From an uncultured Eubacteriales bacterium (lineage in GTDB: Bacteria; Bacillota; Clostridia; Lachnospirales; Lachnospiraceae): 64,000 nt of DNA. Position numbers and translations under genes: made by a program. Shown piece by piece: positions 1 through 9,682 of the stretch (positions within the stretch are counted from its first letter, which is position 1; the number at the start of each line of letters is the position of its first letter). The notes under the pieces are model-generated. The model did not search any database and was not told the origin of the DNA. It worked only from the letters and a program-made list of their open reading frames with translations. The stretch covers positions 326-64,325 of the forward strand of contig OMWM01000005.1 of assembly GCA_900314775.1 (NCBI GenBank), in the 5' to 3' direction.

Positions 1-253
1 TATTTTGGGAATATCCTCAAAAAAAGAATCTGAGAGCAGAATATTTAATGTTCTCATTAAGAATGTGCTATACTGTTTTAGCAGTTACAGGAAAAACAGA
101 CCGATAGAGCAGGTAAAATGACATTTTTATGCTGCTTTTTTAAAATAGAATCAAAATTTTTTTCGGGCAGGTATAATATAGAGATTCGAATATGATATAA
201 TCTATAACTAAATCAGGAAAGTTTTCCTGAAACCATAAGAAGGGAAAGTAGTC

Positions 254-778
254 ATGAAAAAACTAGAAGATTATGTAACCAGCATTCCGGATTTTCCGAA
301 GGAAGGTATCATTTTCAGAGACATTACAACGGTTATTCAGGATCCGGAAGGATTCAGACTGGCAATTGACAAAATGCAGTCATTCCTGAAGGATGTTGAT
401 TTTGATGTTGTTGTAGGTGCGGAGTCACGCGGATTTATTTTCGGCGCGCCGATTGCCTATAACTGCGGAAAAGGTTTTGCACTGGTACGTAAAAAGGGAA
501 AACTTCCGAGAGCTACTATAGAAGAGAGTTATGAGCTGGAGTACGGAACCGCGACAATCGAGATGCATAAGGATGCCATCAAACCGGGACAGAAGGTTGT
601 ACTGGTGGATGATTTGATTGCAACGGGCGGTACTTCCGAAGCTATGATCAGACTTGTTGAGCGCCTGGGCGGCAAGGTAGTCAAGCTCGTCTTCCTGATT
701 GAACTTGCCGGCCTCAACGGACGTGAGAGACTTAAAGATTACGATATTGATTCAGCAATAATTTACAACGGGAAATAA
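254..778 (+). CDS. apt: adenine phosphoribosyltransferase
   Basis: 174-aa ORF; type I PRTase PRPP-binding loop VVLVDDLIATGGT; purine-rich SD just upstream of ATG; usual apt-relA pairing. Confidence 0.95.
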   Translation: MKKLEDYVTSIPDFPKEGIIFRDITTVIQDPEGFRLAIDKMQSFLKDVDFDVVVGAESRGFIFGAPIAYNCGKGFALVRKKGKLPRATIEESYELEYGTATIEMHKDAIKPGQKVVLVDDLIATGGTSEAMIRLVERLGGKVVKLVFLIELAGLNGRERLKDYDIDSAIIYNGK

Positions 779-787
779 GGATAAACT

Positions 788-3190
788 ATGGATGTAACAG
801 GTATGGATAAAAATCACACGGCGAATAACAGCGGTTCAGAACCGGAGAAAAATACTTTGCTTCACGGCGGCGATGAAGTTGTATTTTCATCCGACGTGCA
901 TATTCCGGTTGAAGAAAAGCCGATTATACGTACGCAGGATTTTGATACTCCGGAAGAGATCTATGATAAACTGATCGAGCGGATCAGAAAATATCATCCT
1001 TCCGATGATATTACTATCATCGAGAAGGCTTATCGTGTTGCCCGCGAGGCGCACAAGGAACAGAGGAGAAAATCCGGGGAGCCATATATCATACATCCGC
1101 TTTGTGTAGCATTGATCCTGGCGGATCTGGAACTGGATAAGGAATCCATTGCAGGCGGTCTTCTTCATGATGTGATTGAAGATACCGATGTGACGTACGA
1201 TGATCTCAAAGAGGAATTCGGACCGGAGATAGCGCTGATCGTGGATGGCGTTACCAAATTGGGCCGTCTGTCTTATTCATCTGATAAGATCGAACTGCAG
1301 GCGGAGAATCTGAAGAAGATGTTCCTTGCCATGGCGAAGGATATCCGTGTTATTCTCATCAAACTGGCCGATCGTCTGCACAATATGCGGACGCTGCAGT
1401 ATATGACGCCGGAGAAACAGAAGGAAAAAGCGCGTGAGACGATGGATATCTATTCACCGATCGCACAGCGGCTTGGCATTTCCAAGATCAAGACGGAACT
1501 GGACGATCTGTCGCTGCAGTATCTGGAACCGGTCGTCTATCAGAATCTTTCTCGGCAGGTCAGTGAGAAACTGAGCGAGCGGCAGGATTTTGTCAAGAAT
1601 ATCTGCGCACAGGTCAGCCGGAAGATGAAGGAAGGCGGCATCGAATGTCAGGTCAACGGCCGCGTAAAGCATCTCTTCAGTATTTATAAGAAGATGGTGA
1701 ACCAGAACAAGACGCTGGATGAGATCTATGATCTTTTCGCCATTCGTATCATTGTCAATTCAATCCGGGACTGCTATGCTGCCCTGGGACTGATTCACGA
1801 GATGTATACGCCTGTTCCCGGCCGTTTCAAAGATTACATCGCGCTGCCGAAACAGAATATGTATCAGTCTCTTCATAATACGCTGATCGGACCGGGCGGA
1901 CAGCCGTTCGAGATCCAGATCCGTACATATGAGATGCACAAGATTGCCGAATATGGTATTGCTGCGCACTGGAAGTACAAGGAAAATCCTGGCAGCAAGA
2001 ATATTGAAAACCAGGAAGAGGCAAAGCTGACCTGGCTGCGGCAGATTCTGGAATGGCAGAGAGATTTCTCGGATAACCGGGAATTCATGAATCTGATCAA
2101 GGACGATCTCAATCTGTTTTCTGACAGCGTATATTGTTTTACGCCGCAGGGCGACGTAAAGAGCCTGCCGGCAGGGTCGACGCCGATTGATTTCGCTTAC
2201 AGCATTCATTCAGCAGTCGGCAATAAGATGGTCGGCGCCCGTGTCAACGGGAAACTGGTAAATATCGACTATAAACTGCAGAACGGTGACCGCGTGGAGA
2301 TCCTGACATCGGCCAACTCGAGAGGACCGAGCCGTGACTGGCTGAATATTGTCAAGAGCCCGCAGGCAAGGACCAAGATCAATCAGTGGTTCCGCAGTCA
2401 GTTCAAGGAAGAGAACATTGTTCGCGGCAAGGAGCTTCTGTCTGCCTACTGCAAGAATAAGGGCATACCGTTTAATGAACTGCTGACACCGAAATACATG
2501 GACAAGGTAATCCGCAAATACGGCCTCAAAGACTGGGATTCCGTCTGTGCGGCTGTCGGACATGGCGGCCTCAAAGAAGGTCAGGTTATCAACAAGATGC
2601 TTGACGAATATAAGAAGGACAGAATCAGCCAGATTACGGATGAAGATGTCCTTGCCCAGCTGGACCCGAACAGCCGGCCAAAACAGCAGGACGGCACCGT
2701 GTCGAGATCTGCCTCCAAAAATCACCATAAAGGAAATGGCATCATCGTCAAGGGCATTGACGATGTGGCGGTACGTTTTTCAAAATGCTGCAACCCGCTG
2801 CCGGGTGATGAGATTGTTGGCTATGTAACGCGCGGACGCGGCATTTCCATCCACAGGACGGACTGTCAGAATATGCTGAATCTTTCCGAGGCGGAACGTT
2901 CGAGACTGATCGACGCCGAATGGGAGGATGATGCATCGGAAGTAAATGGTTCTTTCGATGCCGAGATCAATATTTATGTGAAAGATGGTGTGGGCGTTCT
3001 CACCAAGATCGCACAGGTATTTACCGAAAACGGCGTCAATGTCATTGCACTTTCGAGCCGTTCCGGCAAGAACCATACCGCGACCATCAGCTGCACATTT
3101 GAGGTTAAAAACAAAGAAGAGTTAAATAACATTATCAGCAAACTCCGGACGGTAGATGTCGTCAACGATATCACACGTACGAGAGGCTGA
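788..3190 (+). CDS. relA: bifunctional (p)ppGpp synthetase/hydrolase (Rel/SpoT homologue)
   Basis: 800-aa ORF; HD hydrolase motif (HPLCVALIL..LLHDVIEDT), RelA/SpoT synthetase core, TGS and C-terminal ACT-like region; about 50-aa N-terminal extension so start (ATG 788 vs 803) is uncertain. Confidence 0.95.
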   Translation: MDVTGMDKNHTANNSGSEPEKNTLLHGGDEVVFSSDVHIPVEEKPIIRTQDFDTPEEIYDKLIERIRKYHPSDDITIIEKAYRVAREAHKEQRRKSGEPYIIHPLCVALILADLELDKESIAGGLLHDVIEDTDVTYDDLKEEFGPEIALIVDGVTKLGRLSYSSDKIELQAENLKKMFLAMAKDIRVILIKLADRLHNMRTLQYMTPEKQKEKARETMDIYSPIAQRLGISKIKTELDDLSLQYLEPVVYQNLSRQVSEKLSERQDFVKNICAQVSRKMKEGGIECQVNGRVKHLFSIYKKMVNQNKTLDEIYDLFAIRIIVNSIRDCYAALGLIHEMYTPVPGRFKDYIALPKQNMYQSLHNTLIGPGGQPFEIQIRTYEMHKIAEYGIAAHWKYKENPGSKNIENQEEAKLTWLRQILEWQRDFSDNREFMNLIKDDLNLFSDSVYCFTPQGDVKSLPAGSTPIDFAYSIHSAVGNKMVGARVNGKLVNIDYKLQNGDRVEILTSANSRGPSRDWLNIVKSPQARTKINQWFRSQFKEENIVRGKELLSAYCKNKGIPFNELLTPKYMDKVIRKYGLKDWDSVCAAVGHGGLKEGQVINKMLDEYKKDRISQITDEDVLAQLDPNSRPKQQDGTVSRSASKNHHKGNGIIVKGIDDVAVRFSKCCNPLPGDEIVGYVTRGRGISIHRTDCQNMLNLSEAERSRLIDAEWEDDASEVNGSFDAEINIYVKDGVGVLTKIAQVFTENGVNVIALSSRSGKNHTATISCTFEVKNKEELNNIISKLRTVDVVNDITRTRG

Positions 3191-3202
3191 TCCGGAGGCA
3201 AC

Positions 3203-3835
3203 ATGAGCAAAGCTGAACTGAACAGCTTTATTCTCGGCATGATCGGCACCAACTGCTATCTGCTGACGAATAAAGATACCAAGGAGACGATCATTATTGA
3301 TCCGGCTGATGATGCACGCAGCATCAGCAGTTTTATAGAACTGCATGATCTTAAACCTGCGGCAATTCTGCTCACGCATGGACATGCAGATCATATCATG
3401 GCGGTGAATGATCTGCGTGACAGGTACAGCCTGTATGTCTATGTGCATCAGAAGGAACGGGAGCTGCTCGGCGATGTAAAGCTGAATTGCAGCACGCTGC
3501 TGCTGGGCAGACCGATGACAGTGAAACCGGACGTGCTGCTCCGTGACGACCAGATACTGGACCTTGCCGGATTCAGTATCAAGGTGATCTACACGCCGGG
3601 ACACACGATCGGCGGCTGCTGTTATTACATTGAAGATGAGAAGATGCTGTTCAGCGGTGATACGCTGTTTCAGTCATCCGTCGGAAGAACGGATTTCCCG
3701 ACCGGCAGCTACAGGCAGATCATCGACTCGGTGAAGATGCTGCTGAACACACTGCCGGAAGACGTGGTTGTCTATCCGGGGCATATGGGAAAGACCACAA
3801 TTGGTTTTGAGAAAAAATGCAACCCGTTCATCTGA
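3203..3835 (+). CDS. MBL-fold metallo-hydrolase (glyoxalase II-like)
   Basis: 210-aa ORF with metallo-beta-lactamase motif THGHADH and downstream His/Asp ligands. Confidence 0.85.
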   Translation: MSKAELNSFILGMIGTNCYLLTNKDTKETIIIDPADDARSISSFIELHDLKPAAILLTHGHADHIMAVNDLRDRYSLYVYVHQKERELLGDVKLNCSTLLLGRPMTVKPDVLLRDDQILDLAGFSIKVIYTPGHTIGGCCYYIEDEKMLFSGDTLFQSSVGRTDFPTGSYRQIIDSVKMLLNTLPEDVVVYPGHMGKTTIGFEKKCNPFI

Positions 3836-3842
3836 GTTTCAG

Positions 3843-3884
3843 GGACTGTCATATCTGCATCAGAAGATATGGCAGCCTTTTTTT
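3843..3884 (+). terminator. intrinsic terminator after MBL hydrolase gene
   Basis: 11-bp stem CTGTCATATCT / AGATATGGCAG (one G-U), 8-nt loop, followed by T7 run. Confidence 0.8.
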
Positions 3885-3899
3885 GCGGAGGTATGAAAT

Positions 3900-5375
3900 T
3901 TGATTTATCTGATTATCAATGAGCCGCAGTACGATTATGACGTGCGCACGATGCTGATGGCTTTCTTCCGCGGTGAGAAGATTGTCACAGAACCGGAGGG
4001 GACGGATAAAACCCTGATGGTTCGTTTTACTGTGAAAAACGGCACATCGACACGGATGTATGCAGAGTTTACAGACAGAGAGAACAAGACCGTGGCGGGA
4101 GGATCTTTCTGCCCGGGTACGGTAAGACAGGAAGTTTCTTTAACTGTAAAAAAACTCCTGTATTCACTTCTGAGCCGTTATACCGGCAGGGAGCTGCCGT
4201 GGGGCGTACTGACGGGCATTCGGCCGACGAAACTGGCACGGGAACAGATTATTGCCGGCAGCACGCGTGACGAAGTCATCAAAAACCTGCAGGAGCGCTA
4301 CCTCGTAAGTGAGGAAAAAGCCGGTTTATGTTTTGATGTGGCGCAGCAGGAGGAGAAAATTCTCAGCAATCTTGATTATGAGCACACCTGGAGCCTTTAT
4401 GCAGGGGTGCCGTTCTGCCCATCCATCTGCGCCTACTGTTCTTTTTCTTCGTTTCCGATCGAAACATGGAAGGACCAGGTCGATGCCTATCTGGATGCTT
4501 TTGAAAAGGAAGCCGCAGCGGCTGCGCACTTATGCGAGGGACATCCGCTGCTCACCGTATATGTAGGCGGCGGGACGCCGACCTCGCTGAATGCGGGGCA
4601 GCTGGACCGGTATATGACTGCTTTGGAGAATTCATTTGATTTCAGCCATGTCAGGGAAATTACAGTGGAAGCAGGCCGTCCGGACAGCATCACCATGGAC
4701 AAGCTCGAAGTCCTGAAAAAACACGGTGTCACCCGCATTTCCGTAAATCCGCAGACTATGAACCAGGAGACGCTTGACCTCATAGGCCGCCGCCATACAG
4801 CCGAGGATGTTGTACGGGCGTTTGAAATGGCGAGAAAAGCCGGCTTTGATGACATCAACATGGATATTATTGTCGGCCTGCCGGGTGAGCGGTCAGAGCA
4901 TGTGCAAAAGACCATGCAGGCACTCGGGCAGCTTGGGCCGGACAGCCTGACAGTGCACTGCCTGGCACTCAAACGCGCGGCTTTTCTGAATCGGAACCGG
5001 GAGAAGTTCCCGGTTGCGGATACGGACGAGGTAAACCGGATGATCCGGATCTGCCGGGAAGGGGCTGCGCAGCTGGGACTTAAACCGTATTATCTTTACA
5101 GGCAGAAAAATATTGCCGGGAATCTGGAAAATACCGGCTATGCCCGTGAAGGCTGCGCCGGTCTGTACAATATGCTGATCATGGAAGAGGTGCAGACCAT
5201 TATGGCGATCGGCTCCGGCGCTTCTTCCAAATTTATTCTGGACAGCAGCGGCGGCGGTCCGCGCATTGAGCGCGTGGAGAATGTCAAGAGTGTAAAGGAT
5301 TATATCGAGCGTATTGATGAAATGATCAAGCGCAAAAAAAGTTTTTGCAATACGCATGGATATTTGTTAGTATAG
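3900..5375 (+). CDS. hemZ: radical SAM protein, HemZ-type coproporphyrinogen dehydrogenase-like
   Basis: 491-aa ORF from TTG 3900 (GGAGG 8 nt upstream); radical SAM CxxxCxxC (CPSICAYC); HemN-like C-terminal part; function inferred from family only. Confidence 0.75.
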   Translation: MIYLIINEPQYDYDVRTMLMAFFRGEKIVTEPEGTDKTLMVRFTVKNGTSTRMYAEFTDRENKTVAGGSFCPGTVRQEVSLTVKKLLYSLLSRYTGRELPWGVLTGIRPTKLAREQIIAGSTRDEVIKNLQERYLVSEEKAGLCFDVAQQEEKILSNLDYEHTWSLYAGVPFCPSICAYCSFSSFPIETWKDQVDAYLDAFEKEAAAAAHLCEGHPLLTVYVGGGTPTSLNAGQLDRYMTALENSFDFSHVREITVEAGRPDSITMDKLEVLKKHGVTRISVNPQTMNQETLDLIGRRHTAEDVVRAFEMARKAGFDDINMDIIVGLPGERSEHVQKTMQALGQLGPDSLTVHCLALKRAAFLNRNREKFPVADTDEVNRMIRICREGAAQLGLKPYYLYRQKNIAGNLENTGYAREGCAGLYNMLIMEEVQTIMAIGSGASSKFILDSSGGGPRIERVENVKSVKDYIERIDEMIKRKKSFCNTHGYLLV

Positions 5376-5430
5376 GGTATGTACGCATTGTTTGAAAATG
5401 AAAACATCAGAAACCTTAAGGAGGCAGATT

Positions 5431-6270
5431 ATGGATGTTATTGAGCTGCAGAAGAAGGCTGTAGAAGTCCGCAAGGGCATTATTACAGCGGTTCATTCTG
5501 CTAAATCCGGTCACCCGGGCGGATCGCTTTCCGCAGCGGACATTTTTACCTATCTTTATTTTGAAGAAATGAATATTGACCCGAAGAATCCGAAAGACCC
5601 TGGCCGCGACCGTTTCGTCCTTTCCAAAGGCCATACAGCACCGGGACTTTACTCGGCGCTGGCGCTCAGAGGCTATTTCCCGGTTGAGGATCTGAAGACG
5701 CTTCGTCATGTCGGATCTTATCTGCAGGGCCATCCGGATATGAAGCACATTCCGGGTGTTGATATGTCATCCGGCTCTCTCGGACAGGGCGTTTCCGCAG
5801 CCGTAGGTATGGCACTTTCCGCAAAGCTCAGTAACGACAGCTACCGTGTTTATACACTGCTCGGCGACGGTGAGATCGAGGAAGGCCAGGTATGGGAGGC
5901 AGCGATGTTTGCCGGTGCCCGCAAGCTGGACAATCTCTGCGTTATCGTGGACAACAACGGCCTGCAGATTGACGGACCGATCGACGAGGTCAACTCACCG
6001 TATCCGATTGATAAGAAGTTTGAAGCATTTAATTTCCATGTGATTCCGGATGTCGATGCGCATGATTTCAATGCGCTCAAAGCCGCATTTGACGAGGCAA
6101 GAGCTTTCAAGGGCATGCCGACGGCCATCATTGCCAGAAGTATCAAGGGCAAGGGTGTATCCTATATGGAGAATCAGGTCGGCTGGCACGGCAAGGCGCC
6201 GAACGATGAACAGTACAAGACTGCAATGGATGAACTGGAGAAAGCAGGTGAAGCATTATGTCAGAAATAA
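5431..6270 (+). CDS. transketolase, N-terminal (thiamine diphosphate-binding) subunit
   Basis: Motifs GHPGGSLS and GDGEIEEG of the split transketolase N-half; ORF opens at TTG 5392 but ATG 5431 has AAGGAGG at 6-nt spacing, so the start is placed there. Confidence 0.9.
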   Translation: MDVIELQKKAVEVRKGIITAVHSAKSGHPGGSLSAADIFTYLYFEEMNIDPKNPKDPGRDRFVLSKGHTAPGLYSALALRGYFPVEDLKTLRHVGSYLQGHPDMKHIPGVDMSSGSLGQGVSAAVGMALSAKLSNDSYRVYTLLGDGEIEEGQVWEAAMFAGARKLDNLCVIVDNNGLQIDGPIDEVNSPYPIDKKFEAFNFHVIPDVDAHDFNALKAAFDEARAFKGMPTAIIARSIKGKGVSYMENQVGWHGKAPNDEQYKTAMDELEKAGEALCQK

Positions 6271-7199
6271 AGACGATTGCAACGAGAGAGAGCTACGGCA
6301 ATGCACTGGTAGAACTCGGCAGAGAGCATGATGATCTGATTGTCCTTGATGCGGATCTGGCAGGTGCCACCAAGACAGCTACTTTCAAGAAAGAGTTTCC
6401 GCAGCGCCACATTGACTGCGGTATCGCAGAGAGCAACATGATGGGTATTGCAGCCGGACTGGCTGCCTGCGGCAAGGTGCCGTTTGCCAGCACATTTGCC
6501 ATGTTTGCAGCCGGCCGTGCCTATGAGCAGGTGAGAAACAGCATCGGCTATCCGCATTTGAATGTCAAGATCGGCGCCACGCACGCCGGCATTTCCGTCG
6601 GTGAGGACGGTGCCACCCATCAGTGCAATGAAGATATCGCGCTGATGCGCACCATTCCGGGCATGACGGTAATCTGCCCGTCAGATGATATTGAAGCGAG
6701 AGCAGCCGTACGTGCAGCCTATGAATATGTCGGACCGGTTTATCTGCGTTTCGGCCGTCTTGCTGTGCCGGTGATCAATGACAGACCGGATTATAAATTC
6801 GAGATGGGCAAGGGCATTACGCTGCGTGACGGCAAGGACGTTACGATTATCGCGACCGGTCTGTGCGTAAGTGAAGCGCTGACCGCTGCTGATATGCTGA
6901 AAGCAGACGGCATCGACGCACAGGTGATCAATATCCATACCATCAAACCGCTTGATGAGGAGCTGGTGCTCGCAGCGGCGGCTAAGACCGGACGGGTTGT
7001 CACCTGCGAAGAGCATTCCGTGATCGGCGGCCTCGGCAGCGCGGTATGCGATGTGCTCAGCGAGAAGCTTCCGACCAGAGTCATGAAGATCGGTATCAAC
7101 GATACATTCGGCGAATCAGGCCCTGCCAAAGAGCTGATTGTGAAGTACGGCATCGACGGTGCTTCCATTGCTGCCAAAGTAAAAGCATTTATGGCCTGA
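6258..7199 (+). CDS. transketolase, C-terminal (pyrimidine-binding) subunit
   Basis: 313-aa ORF matching the C-terminal half of split transketolases; ATG overlaps the upstream gene by 13 nt. Confidence 0.9.
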   Translation: MSEIKTIATRESYGNALVELGREHDDLIVLDADLAGATKTATFKKEFPQRHIDCGIAESNMMGIAAGLAACGKVPFASTFAMFAAGRAYEQVRNSIGYPHLNVKIGATHAGISVGEDGATHQCNEDIALMRTIPGMTVICPSDDIEARAAVRAAYEYVGPVYLRFGRLAVPVINDRPDYKFEMGKGITLRDGKDVTIIATGLCVSEALTAADMLKADGIDAQVINIHTIKPLDEELVLAAAAKTGRVVTCEEHSVIGGLGSAVCDVLSEKLPTRVMKIGINDTFGESGPAKELIVKYGIDGASIAAKVKAFMA

Positions 7200-7220
7200 G
7201 TCAATTTGAGAATAATATAA

Positions 7221-7267
7221 CAGAATGTCCCGGAAATCCTCTGAAACAGGGGATCCGGGACATTCTG
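7221..7267 (+). terminator. stem-loop terminating the transketolase operon
   Basis: Perfect 14-bp arms CAGAATGTCCCGGA / TCCGGGACATTCTG with further inner pairing; no clear T run afterwards, so efficiency is unknown. Confidence 0.6.
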
Positions 7268-7576
7268 CGTACTGCGGATTCACGATCTGCCGCATCGTTT
7301 GCCTTACATTTTGACAGAAAACCCGTCCGGGCACCGGAGAGGGATTTTATATTTTGTCGTAAAAAGGACCGCATGTATCCTCAAAAGTTAAAAATTTCAC
7401 GAAAATTTCATTGAAAAGTTTACTGATATGTGTTAAAACATTATTAGATAAATAATTATCATAGTAGATGATTATGTGTCTTCGGGATAATGATTCACCG
7501 CCGGAATTTTTTTATTGCATTTTCGGGCGGTATTCATAAAAAAAGGTATGTAATAATAGGATTGGAGGAATTTATC

Positions 7577-8356
7577 ATGGATCTCAAAAATGTAATCTAT
7601 GAAAAAGACGGCGCAATTGCTACTATTAAGCTGAATCGTCCGAAACAGCTTAATGCATTAAGCACAGAAGTTCTTCTTGATGTTGAAGCAGCACTGAACG
7701 AAGTAGAAGCTGATGATGAAGTCAGAGTCGTAATCGTTACCGGTGAAGGCAGAGCTTTCGCAGCAGGTGCTGATATCGCAGCTATGAAGGACTATGATCA
7801 GCTCGCAGGTTTTGATTACTGCGCAACAGGTCATAAGGTATACCGTCATATGGAGAAGATCAACAAACCGTTCATCGCAGCTGTTAACGGCTATGCACTT
7901 GGCGGCGGATGCGAGATGACTCTTGCATGCGACCTCAGAATTGCATCCAGCAAGGCTGTATTCGGTCTGCCGGAGACTTCTCTTGGTATCATCCCAGGAT
8001 ACGGCGGAACACAGAGACTTCCTAGAACAATTGGTGTTGCAAAGGCTAAAGAGCTCATCTACACAGCATCCAACATCAAGGCTGACAAGGCACTTGAGTA
8101 TGGCCTCGTAAGCAAGGTTGTTGAGCCGGAAGCACTTATGGATGAGGCTCGTGCACTTGCAGAGAAGATCCTTAAAAATGCTCCAGTCGCTGTTTCTCTT
8201 GCAAAATATGCGATCAACAATGGTATCGATATGGATATCGACAGAGCTCTTAACTTCGAGAATGTTGTAGAGAGCACACTTTTCTCAACTGCAGATAAGA
8301 CAGAAGGTATGACAGCATTCGTTGAGAAGAGAGACCACAAATACATCGGTCACTGA
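7577..8356 (+). CDS. short-chain enoyl-CoA hydratase (crotonase family)
   Basis: Crotonase-fold motifs VVIVTGEGRAFAAGADI and GGGCEMTLACD; ORF opens at 7490 but ATG 7577 has GGAGGA 7 nt upstream and gives the usual ~260-aa size. Confidence 0.85.
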   Translation: MDLKNVIYEKDGAIATIKLNRPKQLNALSTEVLLDVEAALNEVEADDEVRVVIVTGEGRAFAAGADIAAMKDYDQLAGFDYCATGHKVYRHMEKINKPFIAAVNGYALGGGCEMTLACDLRIASSKAVFGLPETSLGIIPGYGGTQRLPRTIGVAKAKELIYTASNIKADKALEYGLVSKVVEPEALMDEARALAEKILKNAPVAVSLAKYAINNGIDMDIDRALNFENVVESTLFSTADKTEGMTAFVEKRDHKYIGH

Positions 8357-8399
8357 TTAAGAACCCTATAAATTTTACATATATAAGGAGTGAGTTAAA

Positions 8400-9590
8400 A
8401 TGGGATACATTTTAAACGAAGAACAGATGGAAACTGTTAACCTCGCCAAAGACTTCGCCAACAAGTCAGTAAAGCCTATCGTTGCTGAGTATGATCGCGA
8501 AGGCAAGATGCCGATCGACCTCTATCAGCAGGCTGCTGAGATGGGTCTTACCGCTCTTGAGATTCCGGAAGAGTTCGGTGGATACGGCGTAGATTACTAC
8601 ACAATCCTTGCTGCATACGAAGAGCTCGCTAAGGTTGATGGCGGTTTCGCAACAGGTGTTGCAGCTGCAGGTCTTGGCCTTAAGCCGGTTCTGATTGCAG
8701 GTACTCCGGAGCAGAAGACATACTTCGCAAGCTTCCTTAATGGCGACAGAGAAGGTCTTGACAGCCCAGAGACAGGTTATTCAGGATACGCTGCATTCTG
8801 CCTGACAGAGGCTGATGCTGGTTCTGATGCTGCTGCTGGTAAGACAACAGCTGTTAAGAAGGGTGACGAGTACATCATCAACGGTTCCAAGTGCTTCATC
8901 ACAAATGCAGCTCTTGCATCTGTTTACACAGTATTCGCACTTACTGATAAGTCCAAAGGTACAAAGGGCATCTCCGCTTTCATCGTAGAGCGTGATCGTG
9001 AAGGTGTATCTCTTGGTGCTGAGGAAGATAAGATGGGTATCCGTCTTTCCAATACAGCAACAGTTAACTTTGATGATGTTCATGTTCCTGCAGATCATCT
9101 TCTTGGTCAGGAAGGCAAAGGCTTCATCTATGCTATGCAGACACTCGATATGGCTCGTCCGTCTATCGCAGCTCTTGCTTGCGGTACTGCTCAGAGAGCA
9201 CTGGATGAGGCTGTTGCATATGCAAAGCAGAGAGTAACATTCGGTAAGCCGATCATTGCTCATCAGGCTATTCTGTTCAAACTTGCTGATATGGATATCC
9301 AGGTTGAGGTTGCTCGTTCTTCAGTTATTAACTATGTTAACAAGTACTATGACTGCAAGAAGAAAGGCAACAGAAACTTCTCCAGAGAAGCTGCTATCTG
9401 CAAATGCTATGCTGGTGATATGTCTGTTCAGGTTTGCCTTGATGCTATTCAGATCCTCGGTGGTTATGGTTACTCCAGAGAGTATCCGGTTGAGAAACTT
9501 CTCCGTGATGCTAAGATCTATCAGATCTATGAAGGAACCAACGAAGTTCAGAGAATGGTTATCGGCGGCGCTCTTGCAAAGTCCAAATAA
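8400..9590 (+). CDS. acyl-CoA dehydrogenase family protein (Bcd-like, substrate unassigned)
   Basis: 396-aa ACAD: FITNA, GIRLSNT, C-terminal catalytic-Glu context IYEGTNEVQ; AAGGAG SD; diverged from canonical butyryl-CoA dehydrogenase by eye. Confidence 0.85.
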   Translation: MGYILNEEQMETVNLAKDFANKSVKPIVAEYDREGKMPIDLYQQAAEMGLTALEIPEEFGGYGVDYYTILAAYEELAKVDGGFATGVAAAGLGLKPVLIAGTPEQKTYFASFLNGDREGLDSPETGYSGYAAFCLTEADAGSDAAAGKTTAVKKGDEYIINGSKCFITNAALASVYTVFALTDKSKGTKGISAFIVERDREGVSLGAEEDKMGIRLSNTATVNFDDVHVPADHLLGQEGKGFIYAMQTLDMARPSIAALACGTAQRALDEAVAYAKQRVTFGKPIIAHQAILFKLADMDIQVEVARSSVINYVNKYYDCKKKGNRNFSREAAICKCYAGDMSVQVCLDAIQILGGYGYSREYPVEKLLRDAKIYQIYEGTNEVQRMVIGGALAKSK

Positions 9591-9620
9591 TTTAAATGAA
9601 TTTCATTTAAATAAAAACCG

Positions 9621-9652
9621 GAGTGGGATGAGCAATCATCCCACTCTTTTTT
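9621..9652 (+). terminator. intrinsic terminator after acyl-CoA dehydrogenase
   Basis: 11-bp stem GAGTGGGATGA / TCATCCCACTC, GCAA loop, T6 run. Confidence 0.85.
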
Positions 9653-9682
9653 CATAGGTTCAGCAATAGCTGCGGAGGAAAT

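Noticed and set aside
1-253. Possible short transcript or attenuator upstream of apt: TGCTATACT extended -10-like at 66-74, a weak hairpin plus T6 at about 108-142, a TATAAT at 172-177, and the palindrome TCAGGAAA-GT-TTTCCTGA at 213-230
   Set aside because: The stems are short with large loops, there are no matching -35 elements, and the window edge removes upstream context. This is not enough to call an sRNA or riboswitch.
7046-7414. 122-aa + strand ORF running from the transketolase 3' end into the intergenic region
   Set aside because: It overlaps the well-supported transketolase C-terminal gene in another frame and crosses its terminator hairpin. No SD and no recognisable motifs.
7440-7457. 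Possible Rex (redox repressor) box GTGTTAAAACATTATTAG upstream of the crotonase gene
   Set aside because: Only about 10 of 14 positions match the TTGTTAA-N4-TTAACAA consensus as I recall it, and the second half-site is poor. This is not distinguishable from chance in AT-rich DNA without a genome-wide motif scan.
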